64,000 nt of DNA from Candidatus Ornithospirochaeta stercorigallinarum (GCA_018711525.1 DVIF01000057.1:3985-67984), one strand, 5' to 3'; positions 1-9,978 are shown, numbered from the stretch's first letter. Notes: generated by a model not told the origin, from the letters alone. Numbers and translations: made by a program.

Positions 1-2
1 TT

Positions 3-251
3 CAAAAAATTGTTACGATTGAAGATGAGTATGACAGGAAAGTGCTCCACTCCATTGCAAGCGCCTACCTTGCCCTGACCGACAGGGCTCACGCATTCGA
101 TGCAATCAGACATGACCTTGATGCAATTGTCATTGATGTAGGAGTTGAGGAAAGTCTTGCAATCATACCTCTGAGGATTGACCACCACATTGAAACAATA
201 AACAAAGTTAGACAAAATAACGAAAAACTTGTATGGTTGAAAACTTCTTAA
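3..251 (+). CDS. 3' end of a CDS entering from the left window edge, product unknown
   Basis: Frame 3 is open from base 3 to TAA at 249-251 (QKIVTIEDEYDRKVLHS...VWLKTS*). The 42..251 track ORF is only its tail from an internal GTG. Confidence 0.4.
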   Translation, partial: QKIVTIEDEYDRKVLHSIASAYLALTDRAHAFDAIRHDLDAIVIDVGVEESLAIIPLRIDHHIETINKVRQNNEKLVWLKTS

Positions 252-392
252 CATGTTGTTAACAATCATAATTTCTCTGATAGTTTATATTTCTCTGCTT
301 ATGCTTAAAAAGAATAACTAAGATAAAATTTTTCTTTACTGCTGCATATCTCAGGACTTAAAATAACTCAAAAATGTTTTAAGGAGGACTAT

Positions 393-1766
393 ATGTCAGG
401 CATAGGCTTAATGATTTCCCTGCTGGTTGCAATAGCAGTCATCATTGTCTCTATTTCAAAGTGGAAAATCCATCCATTCCTTGCACTTATGGGGGTTTCC
501 CTTGTTCTTGCAATCATCGTAGGAATTCCACTTACATCAATTCCAAACATGCTCGGTGCGGGATTCTCCGGCACATTCACAAGTATTGGTATTGTTATCA
601 TCCTCGGAGCTCTCATCGGTTCAATCCTTGAGAAGACCGGCGGTGCGCTGAAACTTGCCGAGGTCGTCGTAAAGATCGTGGGAAAGAAGCATCCGGATCT
701 TGCAATGGAGATCATGGGATGGATCGTCTCAATCCCTGTTTTCTGTGATTCAGGATTCGTTATCCTCGATCCGATCAGAAGCTCCCTTCAGAAGAAGACA
801 GGCTACTCATCTGTAGCAATGTCTATGTGTCTTTCTGCAGGTCTCTACACCTCCCACGTATTCATTCCACCAACACCGGGCCCGATTGCTGCGGCAAACA
901 CACTTGGAGTCGGCAATCATCTTCTCCTTGTAATCGGAATCGGAGCACTTGTCTCAATCCCTTGTCTCATCGTTGCTTATTTCTATGCGAACTACATTGG
1001 AAAGAAAGTCAAGACGGAAGAGGATATGCAGGATAAGAGCGAGGAAAGCTACAATGCACTTCTCAAGAGCTTCGGCAAGCTTCCAAGTGCTTTCCTATCA
1101 TTTGCGCCAATCGTAGTACCTATCGTAGCAATGGCACTCGGTTCGATTTCCGATATGGCAGGATGGACAGGAGCAGTCGATGTATTCCTCAACTTCATCG
1201 GGACACCTATCATCGCCCTTACCATCGGTGTCATCTTCGCTGTCATCCTCATGATCAGCACAAAGACAACAAGTCAGTTCTATGACATCACGAACGACAC
1301 CCTCAAGGTCGTAGGCCCTATCCTCTTCATCACAGCAGCCGGTGGAGTTCTTGGTAAGGTCATCAGCGAAGCAGGTTTCGTAGGTTACATGCAGGAGCAC
1401 GCATCTGTTCTCGCAACAATCGGAATCTTCTTCCCGTTCATCGTATCTGCAATCCTCAAGACGGCACAGGGTTCTTCCACTGTAGCACTCACAACGACTG
1501 CAGGTATCATGGGAAGCATCGCAGATCCAGGCAGCATGATGAACCTCCTCGGTCTGAACACTCCTCTTGCAGGTGTTCTCACCGTTATGGCGATTGCAGC
1601 AGGTGCTATGACTGTTTCACATGCAAACGATTCCTATTTCTGGGTTGTAACGAACTTCGGAAAGATCAAGATGGAAGATGGATACAGGACACAGTCTGCA
1701 ATCACAGGCATCATGGGTGTAGTCGGAATCATCTTCACATTCATTCTTACATTGGTTCTTATTTAA
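393..1766 (+). CDS. GntP-family (gluconate/organic acid:H+) permease
   Basis: 457-aa polytopic membrane ORF with GntP-like layout and sequence. AAGGAGG lies 5-6 nt upstream of the ATG and an intrinsic terminator follows. Confidence 0.85.
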   Translation: MSGIGLMISLLVAIAVIIVSISKWKIHPFLALMGVSLVLAIIVGIPLTSIPNMLGAGFSGTFTSIGIVIILGALIGSILEKTGGALKLAEVVVKIVGKKHPDLAMEIMGWIVSIPVFCDSGFVILDPIRSSLQKKTGYSSVAMSMCLSAGLYTSHVFIPPTPGPIAAANTLGVGNHLLLVIGIGALVSIPCLIVAYFYANYIGKKVKTEEDMQDKSEESYNALLKSFGKLPSAFLSFAPIVVPIVAMALGSISDMAGWTGAVDVFLNFIGTPIIALTIGVIFAVILMISTKTTSQFYDITNDTLKVVGPILFITAAGGVLGKVISEAGFVGYMQEHASVLATIGIFFPFIVSAILKTAQGSSTVALTTTAGIMGSIADPGSMMNLLGLNTPLAGVLTVMAIAAGAMTVSHANDSYFWVVTNFGKIKMEDGYRTQSAITGIMGVVGIIFTFILTLVLI

Positions 1767-1790
1767 AAGAAGAAAGACAATGAAGGTAAT

Positions 1791-1821
1791 CCCAGGTTCA
1801 AAATAACCTGGGAGTTTTTTT
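1791..1821 (+). terminator. Intrinsic terminator after the GntP permease gene
   Basis: Stem cccaggtt/aacctggg (1791-1798 / 1805-1812) followed by a 7-T run. Confidence 0.8.
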
Positions 1822-1825
1822 GAAC

Positions 1826-1853
1826 AAAAAAAGGACTGGAATTAAACCAGTCC
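1826..1853 (-). terminator. Intrinsic terminator after the CAU tRNA
   Basis: Stem ggactgg/ccagtcc (1833-1839 / 1847-1853). The A-run 1826-1832 reads as a T-run on the minus strand. Confidence 0.7.
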
Positions 1854-1856
1854 AAA

Positions 1857-1931
1857 GGTAGCAAGAGAGGGACTCGGACCCCCGACCGACCGGATATGAG
1901 CCGGTTGCTCTACCAACTGAGCTATCTTGCC
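1857..1931 (-). tRNA. tRNA with CAU anticodon (elongator Met or lysidine-Ile2; not initiator-like)
   Basis: Reverse complement GGCAAGATAGCTCAGTTGGTAGAGCAACCGGCTCATATCCGGTCGGTCGGGGGTCCGAGTCCCTCTCTTGCTACC folds as a cloverleaf. Anticodon loop is CTCATAT and the T-loop is GGTCCGAGTCC. The anticodon stem lacks the three G-C pairs of initiator tRNA. Confidence 0.85.
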
Positions 1932-1957
1932 ATATGCTTTAAATCACAAGCTTAATC

Positions 1958-1986
1958 TTTATAGCTGATAAATCAAACTTTGTAAA
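1958..1986 (-). promoter_or_regulatory. Sigma70-like promoter for the CAU tRNA
   Basis: Minus strand reads TTTACA (1986-1981), 17 nt, TATAAA (1963-1958), about 25 nt upstream of the tRNA 5' end. Confidence 0.5.
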
Positions 1987-2089
1987 TAGTAATTCAAAAG
2001 ATTTTCAATTTTTGGATATACAACTTTTCTTCGTAAATTCTCAACTCATATGTTAGTATATGAAAAACTAAATTCGGGAGTGAATAAAA

Positions 2090-3907
2090 ATGAAAAAACT
2101 GTTTGTTATTCTATCTATCGCTTTGTTATTCATCTCTTCTCCCCTTTTTGCTGCTACGCATCAGATGGTTGTACTCTCTACAACCGACATGCACGGACGC
2201 TCTACAGCTCTGGATGCGGCGACGCAAGGAGAGTATTCGGACTCGATGCTCAGAGTCTCAAGTGCGGTTGAAAGCGTACGCGATGAGTTTGGAGATGATA
2301 TGATAATCATCGACAATGGTGATACCATCCAAGGGAACCTCACAGCCCAGTATGCGATAAACTATCATCCGGACAGAGTCAATCCGATGATCGAGGAACT
2401 TGCCTATATCGGCTATGACGTATGGGGAATGGGAAACCATGAGTTCAATTTCCTGCCTGAGATGAGGAATCAGCAGGCGATGTATGCAGAACAGATGGGG
2501 ATGGACGTCCTTGCTGCAAACATAGTCTTGAAAGAAGATGGATTGAATGTCCACTCTGAAGAGGTCAAAGCCGGTAAGCCTTTCTACGATCCATACACAG
2601 TAAGGACAATAGAATTCGAGGATGGACTGAGTGTGAAAGTTGCAATCATCGGACTTTCAAATGCTGCAAACCATACATGGGACCTTGAGACGAACTATCC
2701 TGGACTTCAGTTCTCAAGCCTTGAGAATCCAGATGGGCTGCTTGAATATGAAATCAACAAATGGGTGTCAATCGTTGAAGAGAGGGAGAATCCCGACCTC
2801 ATCATCGTTACAGCACACTCAGGAGCAGGCACGGATGATGGAGTCACAGCCTCCTTCCTGCTTGAGGCCCAGGCACTAACAGGAGCAAGGAAGTCATCAG
2901 GGGTCGACCTCTTCATATACGGACATGACCATACAGCGAATATCACGAGTGTCACAGACCTTGATGGAAAGACACTCAGCCTCGTCAATGGAGGAGGAAA
3001 CAATCTCACAAAGAGCGTTTTCACTCTAAATTTCGATGAGAATGGAGACCTTGCATCATACAGTGTAGAATCAAGTCTTCTTCCGCTGTCCGACTATGCC
3101 AATGATGAGAGACTCTCAAGAATAATGACTCCTTGGTACATCAGCACATACGAGTGGGCATCAAGTCCTCTTGGAACATTCGATGGAGGATGGAATGCAT
3201 ACAGGTCCCAGGCGGAGGGCAAGACGAACGACGATATGGTCCTCGAGCAGAACAAGCTCATGGATTTCATACATAAGGCGCAGATATGGTCTTCCTGGCA
3301 GAACTATGAGAGCGATGGAATCGAAGGGGCCACAGTATCGATTGCATCTGCTGTCTTCGGAAAGAACGAGGATGGAACCCTCAGTTTCGTCCCATCCGAT
3401 GGAGATACTGTATCGACACTGGAGCTGTCCCTCCTCTACCGCTACTCGAACAACCTCATGTGCGCAATAGAGATGACAGGAGAGCAGCTCTACTCATGGA
3501 TGAGCACTGTGGCAGACATGCTTTGCGTCTCTGATGGCAAGGCAGCTTTCAAGGAAGGTACAAGCATCTACGGTGTTGATACTTTCTATGGACTCGACTA
3601 CATCTTCGACCTTTCAAAGCCTGAAGGAGAAAGGGTTGTGAAAGCAGAGATCAACGGCACGGACATCAGGGGTATGGACAGCATCAGGGTTGCACTCAAC
3701 TCATACCGCTTAAGCGGAGGATACGGCTTTGCAGAGGCAACAGGGCTGAGTGAAGCAGACTGCTTCTGGACTGCAAGTACATACCTGGGCTCCGACATGG
3801 CCCCTGTTCCGACACAGCTCGGAGAATATGTCAAAGCAATGGGTGTCGTAACTCCGGATGATGAAGTGTCACACGGATATGAAAGCACCTGGTCGATTAT
3901 CTTCTGA
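2090..3907 (+). CDS. Secreted bifunctional metallophosphatase/5'-nucleotidase (UshA/CpdB-like)
   Basis: N-terminal signal peptide. Calcineurin-type motifs in order: TTDMHG, DNGDTIQG, GNHEF, VTAHSG, GHDH. The C-terminal half resembles a 5'-nucleotidase substrate domain. Confidence 0.8.
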   Translation: MKKLFVILSIALLFISSPLFAATHQMVVLSTTDMHGRSTALDAATQGEYSDSMLRVSSAVESVRDEFGDDMIIIDNGDTIQGNLTAQYAINYHPDRVNPMIEELAYIGYDVWGMGNHEFNFLPEMRNQQAMYAEQMGMDVLAANIVLKEDGLNVHSEEVKAGKPFYDPYTVRTIEFEDGLSVKVAIIGLSNAANHTWDLETNYPGLQFSSLENPDGLLEYEINKWVSIVEERENPDLIIVTAHSGAGTDDGVTASFLLEAQALTGARKSSGVDLFIYGHDHTANITSVTDLDGKTLSLVNGGGNNLTKSVFTLNFDENGDLASYSVESSLLPLSDYANDERLSRIMTPWYISTYEWASSPLGTFDGGWNAYRSQAEGKTNDDMVLEQNKLMDFIHKAQIWSSWQNYESDGIEGATVSIASAVFGKNEDGTLSFVPSDGDTVSTLELSLLYRYSNNLMCAIEMTGEQLYSWMSTVADMLCVSDGKAAFKEGTSIYGVDTFYGLDYIFDLSKPEGERVVKAEINGTDIRGMDSIRVALNSYRLSGGYGFAEATGLSEADCFWTASTYLGSDMAPVPTQLGEYVKAMGVVTPDDEVSHGYESTWSIIF

Positions 3908-4879
3908 TCATAGAAGCTTTCCAAGGACGGCGTCGGCGATGCCGTCCTTTATCTTTCTGTACTCTTTTCCTTCTTCTATGTTCTTAATTATCGTTGCAAT
4001 CCCGATCTCATCATCATTCAGATTCAGAGGATAGAAAGGATTGGTATAGACATTCTCAGAACCGAGTGTGATATGCGATATCGTCATATTCGAATTCCAT
4101 GTCGAAGTGTCCCTGTGCACGAGAAAAGGAATAAAGACGGGATAGCCCTCTGCATTCACCCTCTTGAGCCCATCCAGAGTCACTACACCGAGTTCCCCTC
4201 TTATCTCAAGCTTCTTCTCAAACAGATAGTTATGATACTGGTTTGAAGAGAAGTCATTGATGAAAATGGACGATTTGAACTTCAATATCCTCAGCTTTCT
4301 CTCATAATGCTCTTTTGAACCATTTATTATCATCGTATCCCTTGCACCCGTCTGAAGTATCGCAGATGGGTGATCGAAGAAGAGCACCTCCTCAGGCTCC
4401 TCATCCTCCAGGGAGAGGATTACCCTCGCCATGGCAGCCGCATGGTGGTTATGCAGTCCGGAGATAAGAAGCTGGTCTATATCTCCGATGCTTTCAGATG
4501 CCTTGATGCAAGCTGCATATATCGGGTCATAAGGATATTGCTCCATCACGGCCCCTTCGAGCTTGCTCAGCTCTTTGAGCTGTCCTTCACTCAAAGGAAG
4601 GAATGATGTCTCAGAAAGAATGAACTCACCTCTCCTTCCGAGTTCCTTTGCTATGTGGAAAAAGGCATCACGGGCGGTTGCGACTATCACGGCATCGTGC
4701 CTAAGGCTCAGAGCATCATCCAGAGAAGAGAAACACCTCCAGCCTTCCTTGCGCAATTTCTCCGCCCTTTCTAGAGAGGATGAATATACGGATACTATCT
4801 CCAACAATGATGGAAGAAGCTCGGAAATCCTCAAATAGAAACGAGATCTCCATCCCGTACCAATCAAAACAGCTTTCAT
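3908..4879 (-). CDS. Gfo/Idh/MocA-like oxidoreductase (tentative)
   Basis: 323-aa ORF with N-terminal Rossmann-like MKAVLIGTGWRSRFYL. Size and layout fit the family, but no strong motif was confirmed. Confidence 0.45.
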   Translation of the reverse strand: MKAVLIGTGWRSRFYLRISELLPSLLEIVSVYSSSLERAEKLRKEGWRCFSSLDDALSLRHDAVIVATARDAFFHIAKELGRRGEFILSETSFLPLSEGQLKELSKLEGAVMEQYPYDPIYAACIKASESIGDIDQLLISGLHNHHAAAMARVILSLEDEEPEEVLFFDHPSAILQTGARDTMIINGSKEHYERKLRILKFKSSIFINDFSSNQYHNYLFEKKLEIRGELGVVTLDGLKRVNAEGYPVFIPFLVHRDTSTWNSNMTISHITLGSENVYTNPFYPLNLNDDEIGIATIIKNIEEGKEYRKIKDGIADAVLGKLL

Positions 4880-4960
4880 ATCTTCATTTTATATCAAAGT
4901 ATTTTTTCCTCAAGAAAAAGAATATTCCCCAAATGAGAAGAAAATTTCTATAATTCATAC

Positions 4961-5533
4961 ATGAATGAAAAACTCAGAAGATATCTCTCCCTCTTTATTT
5001 CGACATTCAAAATAAGTGCGTTCACATTCGGAGGGGGATTTGTAATCATACCTCTGATGAGAAAGCAGTTCGTGCATAATCTCAAATGGATAGATGATGA
5101 AGAGATGCTTGATCTTACTGCAATTGCACAGTCATCCCCAGGAGCCATTGCGGTGAACGCCTCAATCCTGATAGGATATAAAGTCGCAGGTATTCCAGGT
5201 GCACTTATCAGCATACTAGGAACCGTTCTCCCACCATTTATAATCATATCGGTCATATCGCATTTCTATATTGCATTCAGGGACAACAGATATGTCTCAC
5301 TTCTGATGGCGGGAATGCTTATAGGTGTTGCCGCTGTGATTGCAGACCTCGTCATCTCCATGGCATGGGACATACTCAAGAAAAAGAGGATGCTGCAGAT
5401 ATCCATGCTCGTATTATCATTCATCCTGGTGGAGTTTCTAAATCTGAATATAATCATTCTTATTCTCATTGCCGGCCTTGTCGGATATCTCGACTACCTG
5501 ATGCAAAGGAGGGGGAAAAATGATCTATCTTGA
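4961..5533 (+). CDS. Chromate transporter (ChrA) family protein, half-size, first of pair
   Basis: 190 aa with FGGGFVIIPLM and SSPGAIAVN motifs typical of short ChrA. Overlaps the next gene by 14 nt. Confidence 0.8.
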   Translation: MNEKLRRYLSLFISTFKISAFTFGGGFVIIPLMRKQFVHNLKWIDDEEMLDLTAIAQSSPGAIAVNASILIGYKVAGIPGALISILGTVLPPFIIISVISHFYIAFRDNRYVSLLMAGMLIGVAAVIADLVISMAWDILKKKRMLQISMLVLSFILVEFLNLNIIILILIAGLVGYLDYLMQRRGKNDLS

Positions 5534-6068
5534 ACTCATATGGAGCTTCATACAGATCGGACTTTTCAGCATAGGCGGAGGATATGCGGCAATGCCACTG
5601 ATAGAACATCAGGCATGCGAGGTCCATTCCTGGCTCACACTTCAGGAGTTCGCAGATATCGTAACGATTTCTGAAATGACTCCAGGTCCGATCACAATAA
5701 ACAGTGCGACATTCGTTGGTATCCAGGTTGCAGGAATCCCCGGAGCTCTCGCCGCCACTCTTGGATGCATAATCCCCTCTTCCATCATCGTAACCCTCCT
5801 TGCGTTCATCTACTATCGTTTCAAGGGGCTTGAAGCTGTACAAAGCGTATTGAAGGGACTCAGACCTGCAATAATTGCGATGATTGCAACTGCAGGACTA
5901 TCACTGTTCAACATGGCGGTTTTCAATGGAGATGCTGCGAATGGAATCAATGCTGCTGCTTTGATACTTTTCATCCTCGCATTCATTGTTCTAAGGATAT
6001 GGAAGCCAAGCCCTATAATCGTGATGGCAGGATCGGGAGTAATTACATTGCTTCTCGGTTTGATATAA
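5520..6068 (+). CDS. Chromate transporter (ChrA) family protein, half-size, second of pair
   Basis: 182 aa with IGGGYAAMPLI and MTPGPITIN motifs. It is paralogous to the preceding half. Confidence 0.8.
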   Translation: MIYLELIWSFIQIGLFSIGGGYAAMPLIEHQACEVHSWLTLQEFADIVTISEMTPGPITINSATFVGIQVAGIPGALAATLGCIIPSSIIVTLLAFIYYRFKGLEAVQSVLKGLRPAIIAMIATAGLSLFNMAVFNGDAANGINAAALILFILAFIVLRIWKPSPIIVMAGSGVITLLLGLI

Positions 6069-6093
6069 AAAAACTCCTTACAATTGTAAGGAG
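6067..6093 (-). terminator. Intrinsic terminator after tRNA-Leu
   Basis: Stem ctcctta/taaggag (6074-6080 / 6087-6093). The A-run 6067-6073 gives a T-run on the minus strand. Confidence 0.65.
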
Positions 6094-6098
6094 TCATC

Positions 6099-6182
6099 TG
6101 CGGCCGAGAGAACTCGAATCTCCAAGCCCTTTCAAGCACTAGCACCTCAAGCTAGCGTGTCTACCAATTCCACCACGACCGC
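6099..6182 (-). tRNA. tRNA-Leu (GAG anticodon), long variable arm
   Basis: Reverse complement GCGGTCGTGGTGGAATTGGTAGACACGCTAGCTTGAGGTGCTAGTGCTTGAAAGGGCTTGGAGATTCGAGTTCTCTCGGCCGCA. Acceptor is GCGGTCG/CGGCCGC, the anticodon loop is TTGAGGT, and it has a class II variable arm. Confidence 0.88.
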
Positions 6183-6316
6183 ATATCTAGTGGCCTTTCA
6201 TTTGGCACAAGGAGAATTTAGCCTATTTCGAGCCATCACGTCAATACTATTTTGAAAATTTTCAAAAATTCCTCAATATTTCCTCTTGTCAGTTTTCCTT
6301 ATCTGTTTTTCAGATG

Positions 6317-6351
6317 AAAACACCCCTCTCTCTATTTAAGGAAAAGGGGTG
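6317..6351 (-). terminator. Intrinsic terminator after asnA
   Basis: Minus strand caccccttttccttaaatagagagaggggtg followed by tttt. Stem is cacccct/aggggtg. Confidence 0.65.
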
Positions 6352-6362
6352 ATATCTAAAGA

Positions 6363-7391
6363 TTATATAAGGTATATTCCCTTCTCTTCAGCCTCAGAGC
6401 GTGTCTCATCAGACCAGACAGATGCCTGTACCTCTCCGATATGGCATTTATGAAGAAGAAGCATGCAGAGTCTTGACTGCCCTATTCCCCCTCCGATTGT
6501 CTGTGGATACTCTCCGGCAAGAAGCCTCTTATGCCAGTAAAGATCCTTCCTCTCGTTGAGGTTCTTCATCTCAAGCTGACTGAGAAGGGATTCCTTATTG
6601 ACCCTTATTCCCATGCTTGAAAGCTCAAGTGAATCGTTTCTGACCTTGTCATAGACTATGATGTCACCATTCAGCCCATGGTAGCCCTCAGATGTCTCTG
6701 TAGACCAGTCATCATAATCAGGAGCCCTCAATGAATGAGGGATGCCGTCTTTAAGAGGATATCCTATTCCGATGATGAAAACAGCGCCATATTCCTTGGC
6801 TGCCTCCATCTCCCTCTGCTGAGGTGTAAGAGAGGGATACTCCTTCTCAAGATCCTCGGAATGGATGAATGTGATTCTCTCCGGCAGATAGTCCTCGAGG
6901 ATGGAATATGTCTCAGAGAGGAGGAAGCTCGTCCTCTTGAGTGCTGCATAGATATCCTCGACTGTCGTCTTGAGACATTCGAGCGTCCGCTCCTCGTCCC
7001 CGATCACCTTCTCCCAGTCCCACTGGTCTACATATACAGAATGGATGGCATCGACAGTATCATCAGGGCGGAGGGCGTTCATATCCGTATATATTCCCCT
7101 TCCCTTCGGATAGCCGTAGTCGGCAAGGGCCATCCTCTTCCATTTTGCAAGGGACTGCACAATCTCCATCTTCCTGCCGCCAAGGGCGCTGACAGAGAAA
7201 CCGACTGGTTTCTCAACACCATTGAGATCGTCGTTTATTCCACTTCCAGATGCAACAAAGAGCGGACTTGTAAGCCTTGTAAGACGAAGAGATGATGAAA
7301 GCTCCTTCTCGAACGTATCTTTTGTAAGCTTTATCGCCTTCTCTGTATCCTTTGGATTCAACAAACTTTTATAACCTTCTGAAAACTCCAT
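6363..7391 (-). CDS. asnA: Aspartate--ammonia ligase (asparagine synthetase A)
   Basis: 342 aa. The N-terminus KAIKLTKDTFEKELSSSLRLTRLTSPLFV...GINDDLNG and class II aaRS-like core are characteristic of AsnA. Confidence 0.9.
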   Translation of the reverse strand: MEFSEGYKSLLNPKDTEKAIKLTKDTFEKELSSSLRLTRLTSPLFVASGSGINDDLNGVEKPVGFSVSALGGRKMEIVQSLAKWKRMALADYGYPKGRGIYTDMNALRPDDTVDAIHSVYVDQWDWEKVIGDEERTLECLKTTVEDIYAALKRTSFLLSETYSILEDYLPERITFIHSEDLEKEYPSLTPQQREMEAAKEYGAVFIIGIGYPLKDGIPHSLRAPDYDDWSTETSEGYHGLNGDIIVYDKVRNDSLELSSMGIRVNKESLLSQLEMKNLNERKDLYWHKRLLAGEYPQTIGGGIGQSRLCMLLLHKCHIGEVQASVWSDETRSEAEEKGIYLI

Positions 7392-7464
7392 TTTTCCTTC
7401 CTATTAATATTTTTCAAAATAATATATAAAAATATTTAGAAAATTTAAATGGAGAATAAAACAA

Positions 7465-7902
7465 ATGAGTGGTAAATTTTTTGGCGAATTTAAGAAATTC
7501 ATTGCACGCGGTAATGTAATCGACCTTGCTGTAGGCGTTATCATCGGTGCTGCATTCACAGCAATCACAAACAGTGTCGTAAACGACATCATCATGCCTG
7601 TCATCGGACTTGTCACAGGTGGGATGGATTTTGCAGAGATGAGGATCATTCTCAAGCCTGCAACAGAGACAGCAGCAGAAGTTGCAATCAGATACGGTGC
7701 ACTCATCAATGCAGTCATCAATTTCCTCCTTGTATCTCTCGTACTCTTCTTTGTTGTAAAAGGATTCAATGCACTTAAAGAAAAGAGCAGGAAGGAAGAA
7801 GAGGCAAAGGCAGCTGCAGCTCCTGCACCAGAGCCTAAGAAGAGCGACGATGTAATCCTCCTTGAGGAAATCAGGGATCTGCTCAAGGCAGGCCAGAAAT
7901 AA
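7465..7902 (+). CDS. mscL: Large-conductance mechanosensitive channel
   Basis: 145 aa with FKKFIARGNVIDLAVGVIIGAAF, two TM helices and a charged C-terminal tail. Confidence 0.92.
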   Translation: MSGKFFGEFKKFIARGNVIDLAVGVIIGAAFTAITNSVVNDIIMPVIGLVTGGMDFAEMRIILKPATETAAEVAIRYGALINAVINFLLVSLVLFFVVKGFNALKEKSRKEEEAKAAAAPAPEPKKSDDVILLEEIRDLLKAGQK

Positions 7903-7976
7903 GTCGCTTTTGTACAACTTATCTTCTTTTTTAACAAAGACTTAACGAGATTGCATTGAATTATTTTCATCAGCTA

Positions 7977-8005
7977 TTGACATATGTGGATGAAAGAATT
8001 ATATT
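7977..8005 (+). promoter_or_regulatory. Sigma70-like promoter for the 99-aa ORF
   Basis: TTGACA (7977-7982), 17 nt, TATATT (8000-8005). Confidence 0.55.
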
Positions 8006-8051
8006 CTCGTTGAACAAAAAGAGGTTATCTTAATTTTGGAGTTTTGCTGGT

Positions 8052-8351
8052 ATGAAAAAGATCAATGAGATTCTGATTGAAAAGAAGACCAAAGGTGCAT
8101 TTAAGAAAGAAGAAATCCCATCTGTATATGCTCTCATCGAGTGCTACAGAAGGTATCAGAGCGATGTCTACGGAAGGAAGCTGGACTTCAGGAAGGCTCT
8201 CAATGAGTTCATCGAGCTCATATACATCCCTATCTCCTCGGAGATCAAGGAGAAAGGGAGCAGGAACTTCTATAAGGAATTCATTTCCGAGACCTTTTCC
8301 ACAATGGAAAGGAACAAGAAGGCCTCGACGCTTTCAGCAGTTACAGCCTAA
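8052..8351 (+). CDS. Hypothetical protein
   Basis: 99-aa ORF behind a near-consensus promoter. No recognisable motif. Its 3' end overlaps the convergent DJ-1 gene by 4 nt. Confidence 0.4.
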   Translation: MKKINEILIEKKTKGAFKKEEIPSVYALIECYRRYQSDVYGRKLDFRKALNEFIELIYIPISSEIKEKGSRNFYKEFISETFSTMERNKKASTLSAVTA

Positions 8352-8899
8352 CGCTCGTAATATACGGCAGATGCAGTGTCATCTGCCTTTTCTTTTGATA
8401 TTGCCGCCTCTATTATTTTAAGTGAAAGTTCAAAGCCATATGCAGCACTCTTGCCTGTTATGATGTTCCCATCAACGACAACCCCGTCAGGAAGGAAGTC
8501 ATCCTTTGCAGAGTAGCTCTCACATCCCGGATAGCATGTAGCCTTCCTCCCTTCCAGAAGTCCGGCATTGGCCAGGACGACAGAAGGGGATGCGCAGATG
8601 GCACTTACTATCTTCCCTTCTGCTGCCATTTTTATGATCCTCTGATTGACCGACCATGACTGTGATAAATTGATAGCACCGGGCATACCGCCAGGAAGGA
8701 ATACGATATCATATTCATTTCCATCACTCTCGCTGACTGTCATGTCGGCAAGAAGTGTGAGGCCATGGGAACTCGTTACGGCCTTCTCCTCATCGATGGA
8801 GGAGATATCGACATCTATGCCCGCCCTTCTCATCATATCGACAGGAACAACCGCCTCCGCCTCTTCAAAACCTGTTGCAAGATAGACTATCGCCTTCAT
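8348..8899 (-). CDS. DJ-1/PfpI (ThiJ) family protein
   Basis: 183 aa with GFEEAEAVVPVDMMRRAG and the nucleophile-elbow AICASP motif typical of DJ-1/YajL. Confidence 0.8.
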   Translation of the reverse strand: MKAIVYLATGFEEAEAVVPVDMMRRAGIDVDISSIDEEKAVTSSHGLTLLADMTVSESDGNEYDIVFLPGGMPGAINLSQSWSVNQRIIKMAAEGKIVSAICASPSVVLANAGLLEGRKATCYPGCESYSAKDDFLPDGVVVDGNIITGKSAAYGFELSLKIIEAAISKEKADDTASAVYYER

Positions 8900-9978
8900 C
8901 AGAGCACCTCCAATACACCACCTGCCTCTTCAGCCTTGTCCAGGATGGAAGATGCATTTTTCAAAACCCTTTCCGTCTCTTCCCATCCGATACATGCATC
9001 GGTGACGGAAACACCATATCTTAATTCACTCTTATCCTGTGGTATCTTCTGCGAACCTTCGTTGAGGTTGGATTCCAGCATGAAACCTTTTATGTTGCTG
9101 TTTCCCCACACAACCTGGTCTATCACACTCCTGAGGACTCTCTTCTGTCTTGTATAGTCCTTTCTGCTGTTTGCATGGGAGCAATCTATGATGAGGGACT
9201 CCCTGAGCCCGTTTTCCTTCAAGAGCTTGATTGCATCCTCCACTTCGTCCTCATAATAGTTCGGACCATCCTCGCCACCACGGAGGATCAGATGCCCTGC
9301 ATCGTTTCCAGTCGTTCTGAAAACAGAGCTCAGACCATCCTTCGAAATACCGATGAAGGAGGCCTCCCCCCTAGCACTTTTGATTGCATTGATAGCGCTC
9401 ATCAAGTCTCCGCTCGTACCGTTCTTGAAACCTACTGCGACAGAAAGGCCTGAGGCTAGATTCCTATGTGTCTGGCTCTCCGTCGTACGAGCCCCGATGC
9501 TCGACCAGCTCATGATCTCATCGATGTACTGCGGAATGATCGGATCAAGGACCTCACAACCGACAGGAAGACCGATTTCGGTGATATCTATCAAAAGCTT
9601 CCTGGCGACCATGATGCCTTTATCGATATCTCCGCTTCCATCCATGTCAGGATCGAGGATAAGCCCTTTCCATCCGAGGTTGGTCCTTGGTTTCTCGAAA
9701 TACGTCCTCATTACGATGAAGAAATGACGGCTTAGCTCATCGCTGAGCCTCTTCAGCCGCTGAGCATATTCGATTGCAGCCTTCGGGTCATGGATGCTGC
9801 AAGGGCCGACGATGGCAAGCAGTCTCCTGTCATTGCCATATATGATATCATTGACACTCTTTCGGAAAGAGAGGATCATCTCCCTGTCCTTATCAGAAAG
9901 AGGATAGAGCTCAGCAATCTCCCTAGGAGTGCTGAGCTTCTCAATATTCTTAATTCTTACATCCTGTGCTTCCAACAT
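8899..9978 (-). CDS. 3-deoxy-7-phosphoheptulonate (DAHP) synthase, class I
   Basis: 359 aa with LLAIVGPCSIHD, GLPVGCEVLD and IGARTTESQ motifs of AroF/G/H-type enzymes. Isozyme specificity is not assignable. Confidence 0.9.
   Translation of the reverse strand: MLEAQDVRIKNIEKLSTPREIAELYPLSDKDREMILSFRKSVNDIIYGNDRRLLAIVGPCSIHDPKAAIEYAQRLKRLSDELSRHFFIVMRTYFEKPRTNLGWKGLILDPDMDGSGDIDKGIMVARKLLIDITEIGLPVGCEVLDPIIPQYIDEIMSWSSIGARTTESQTHRNLASGLSVAVGFKNGTSGDLMSAINAIKSARGEASFIGISKDGLSSVFRTTGNDAGHLILRGGEDGPNYYEDEVEDAIKLLKENGLRESLIIDCSHANSRKDYTRQKRVLRSVIDQVVWGNSNIKGFMLESNLNEGSQKIPQDKSELRYGVSVTDACIGWEETERVLKNASSILDKAEEAGGVLEVL

Noticed and set aside
7404-7970. 188-aa and 167-aa ORFs antisense to mscL
   Set aside because: mscL on the plus strand is unmistakable. 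The antisense ORFs are low-complexity with no start signals.
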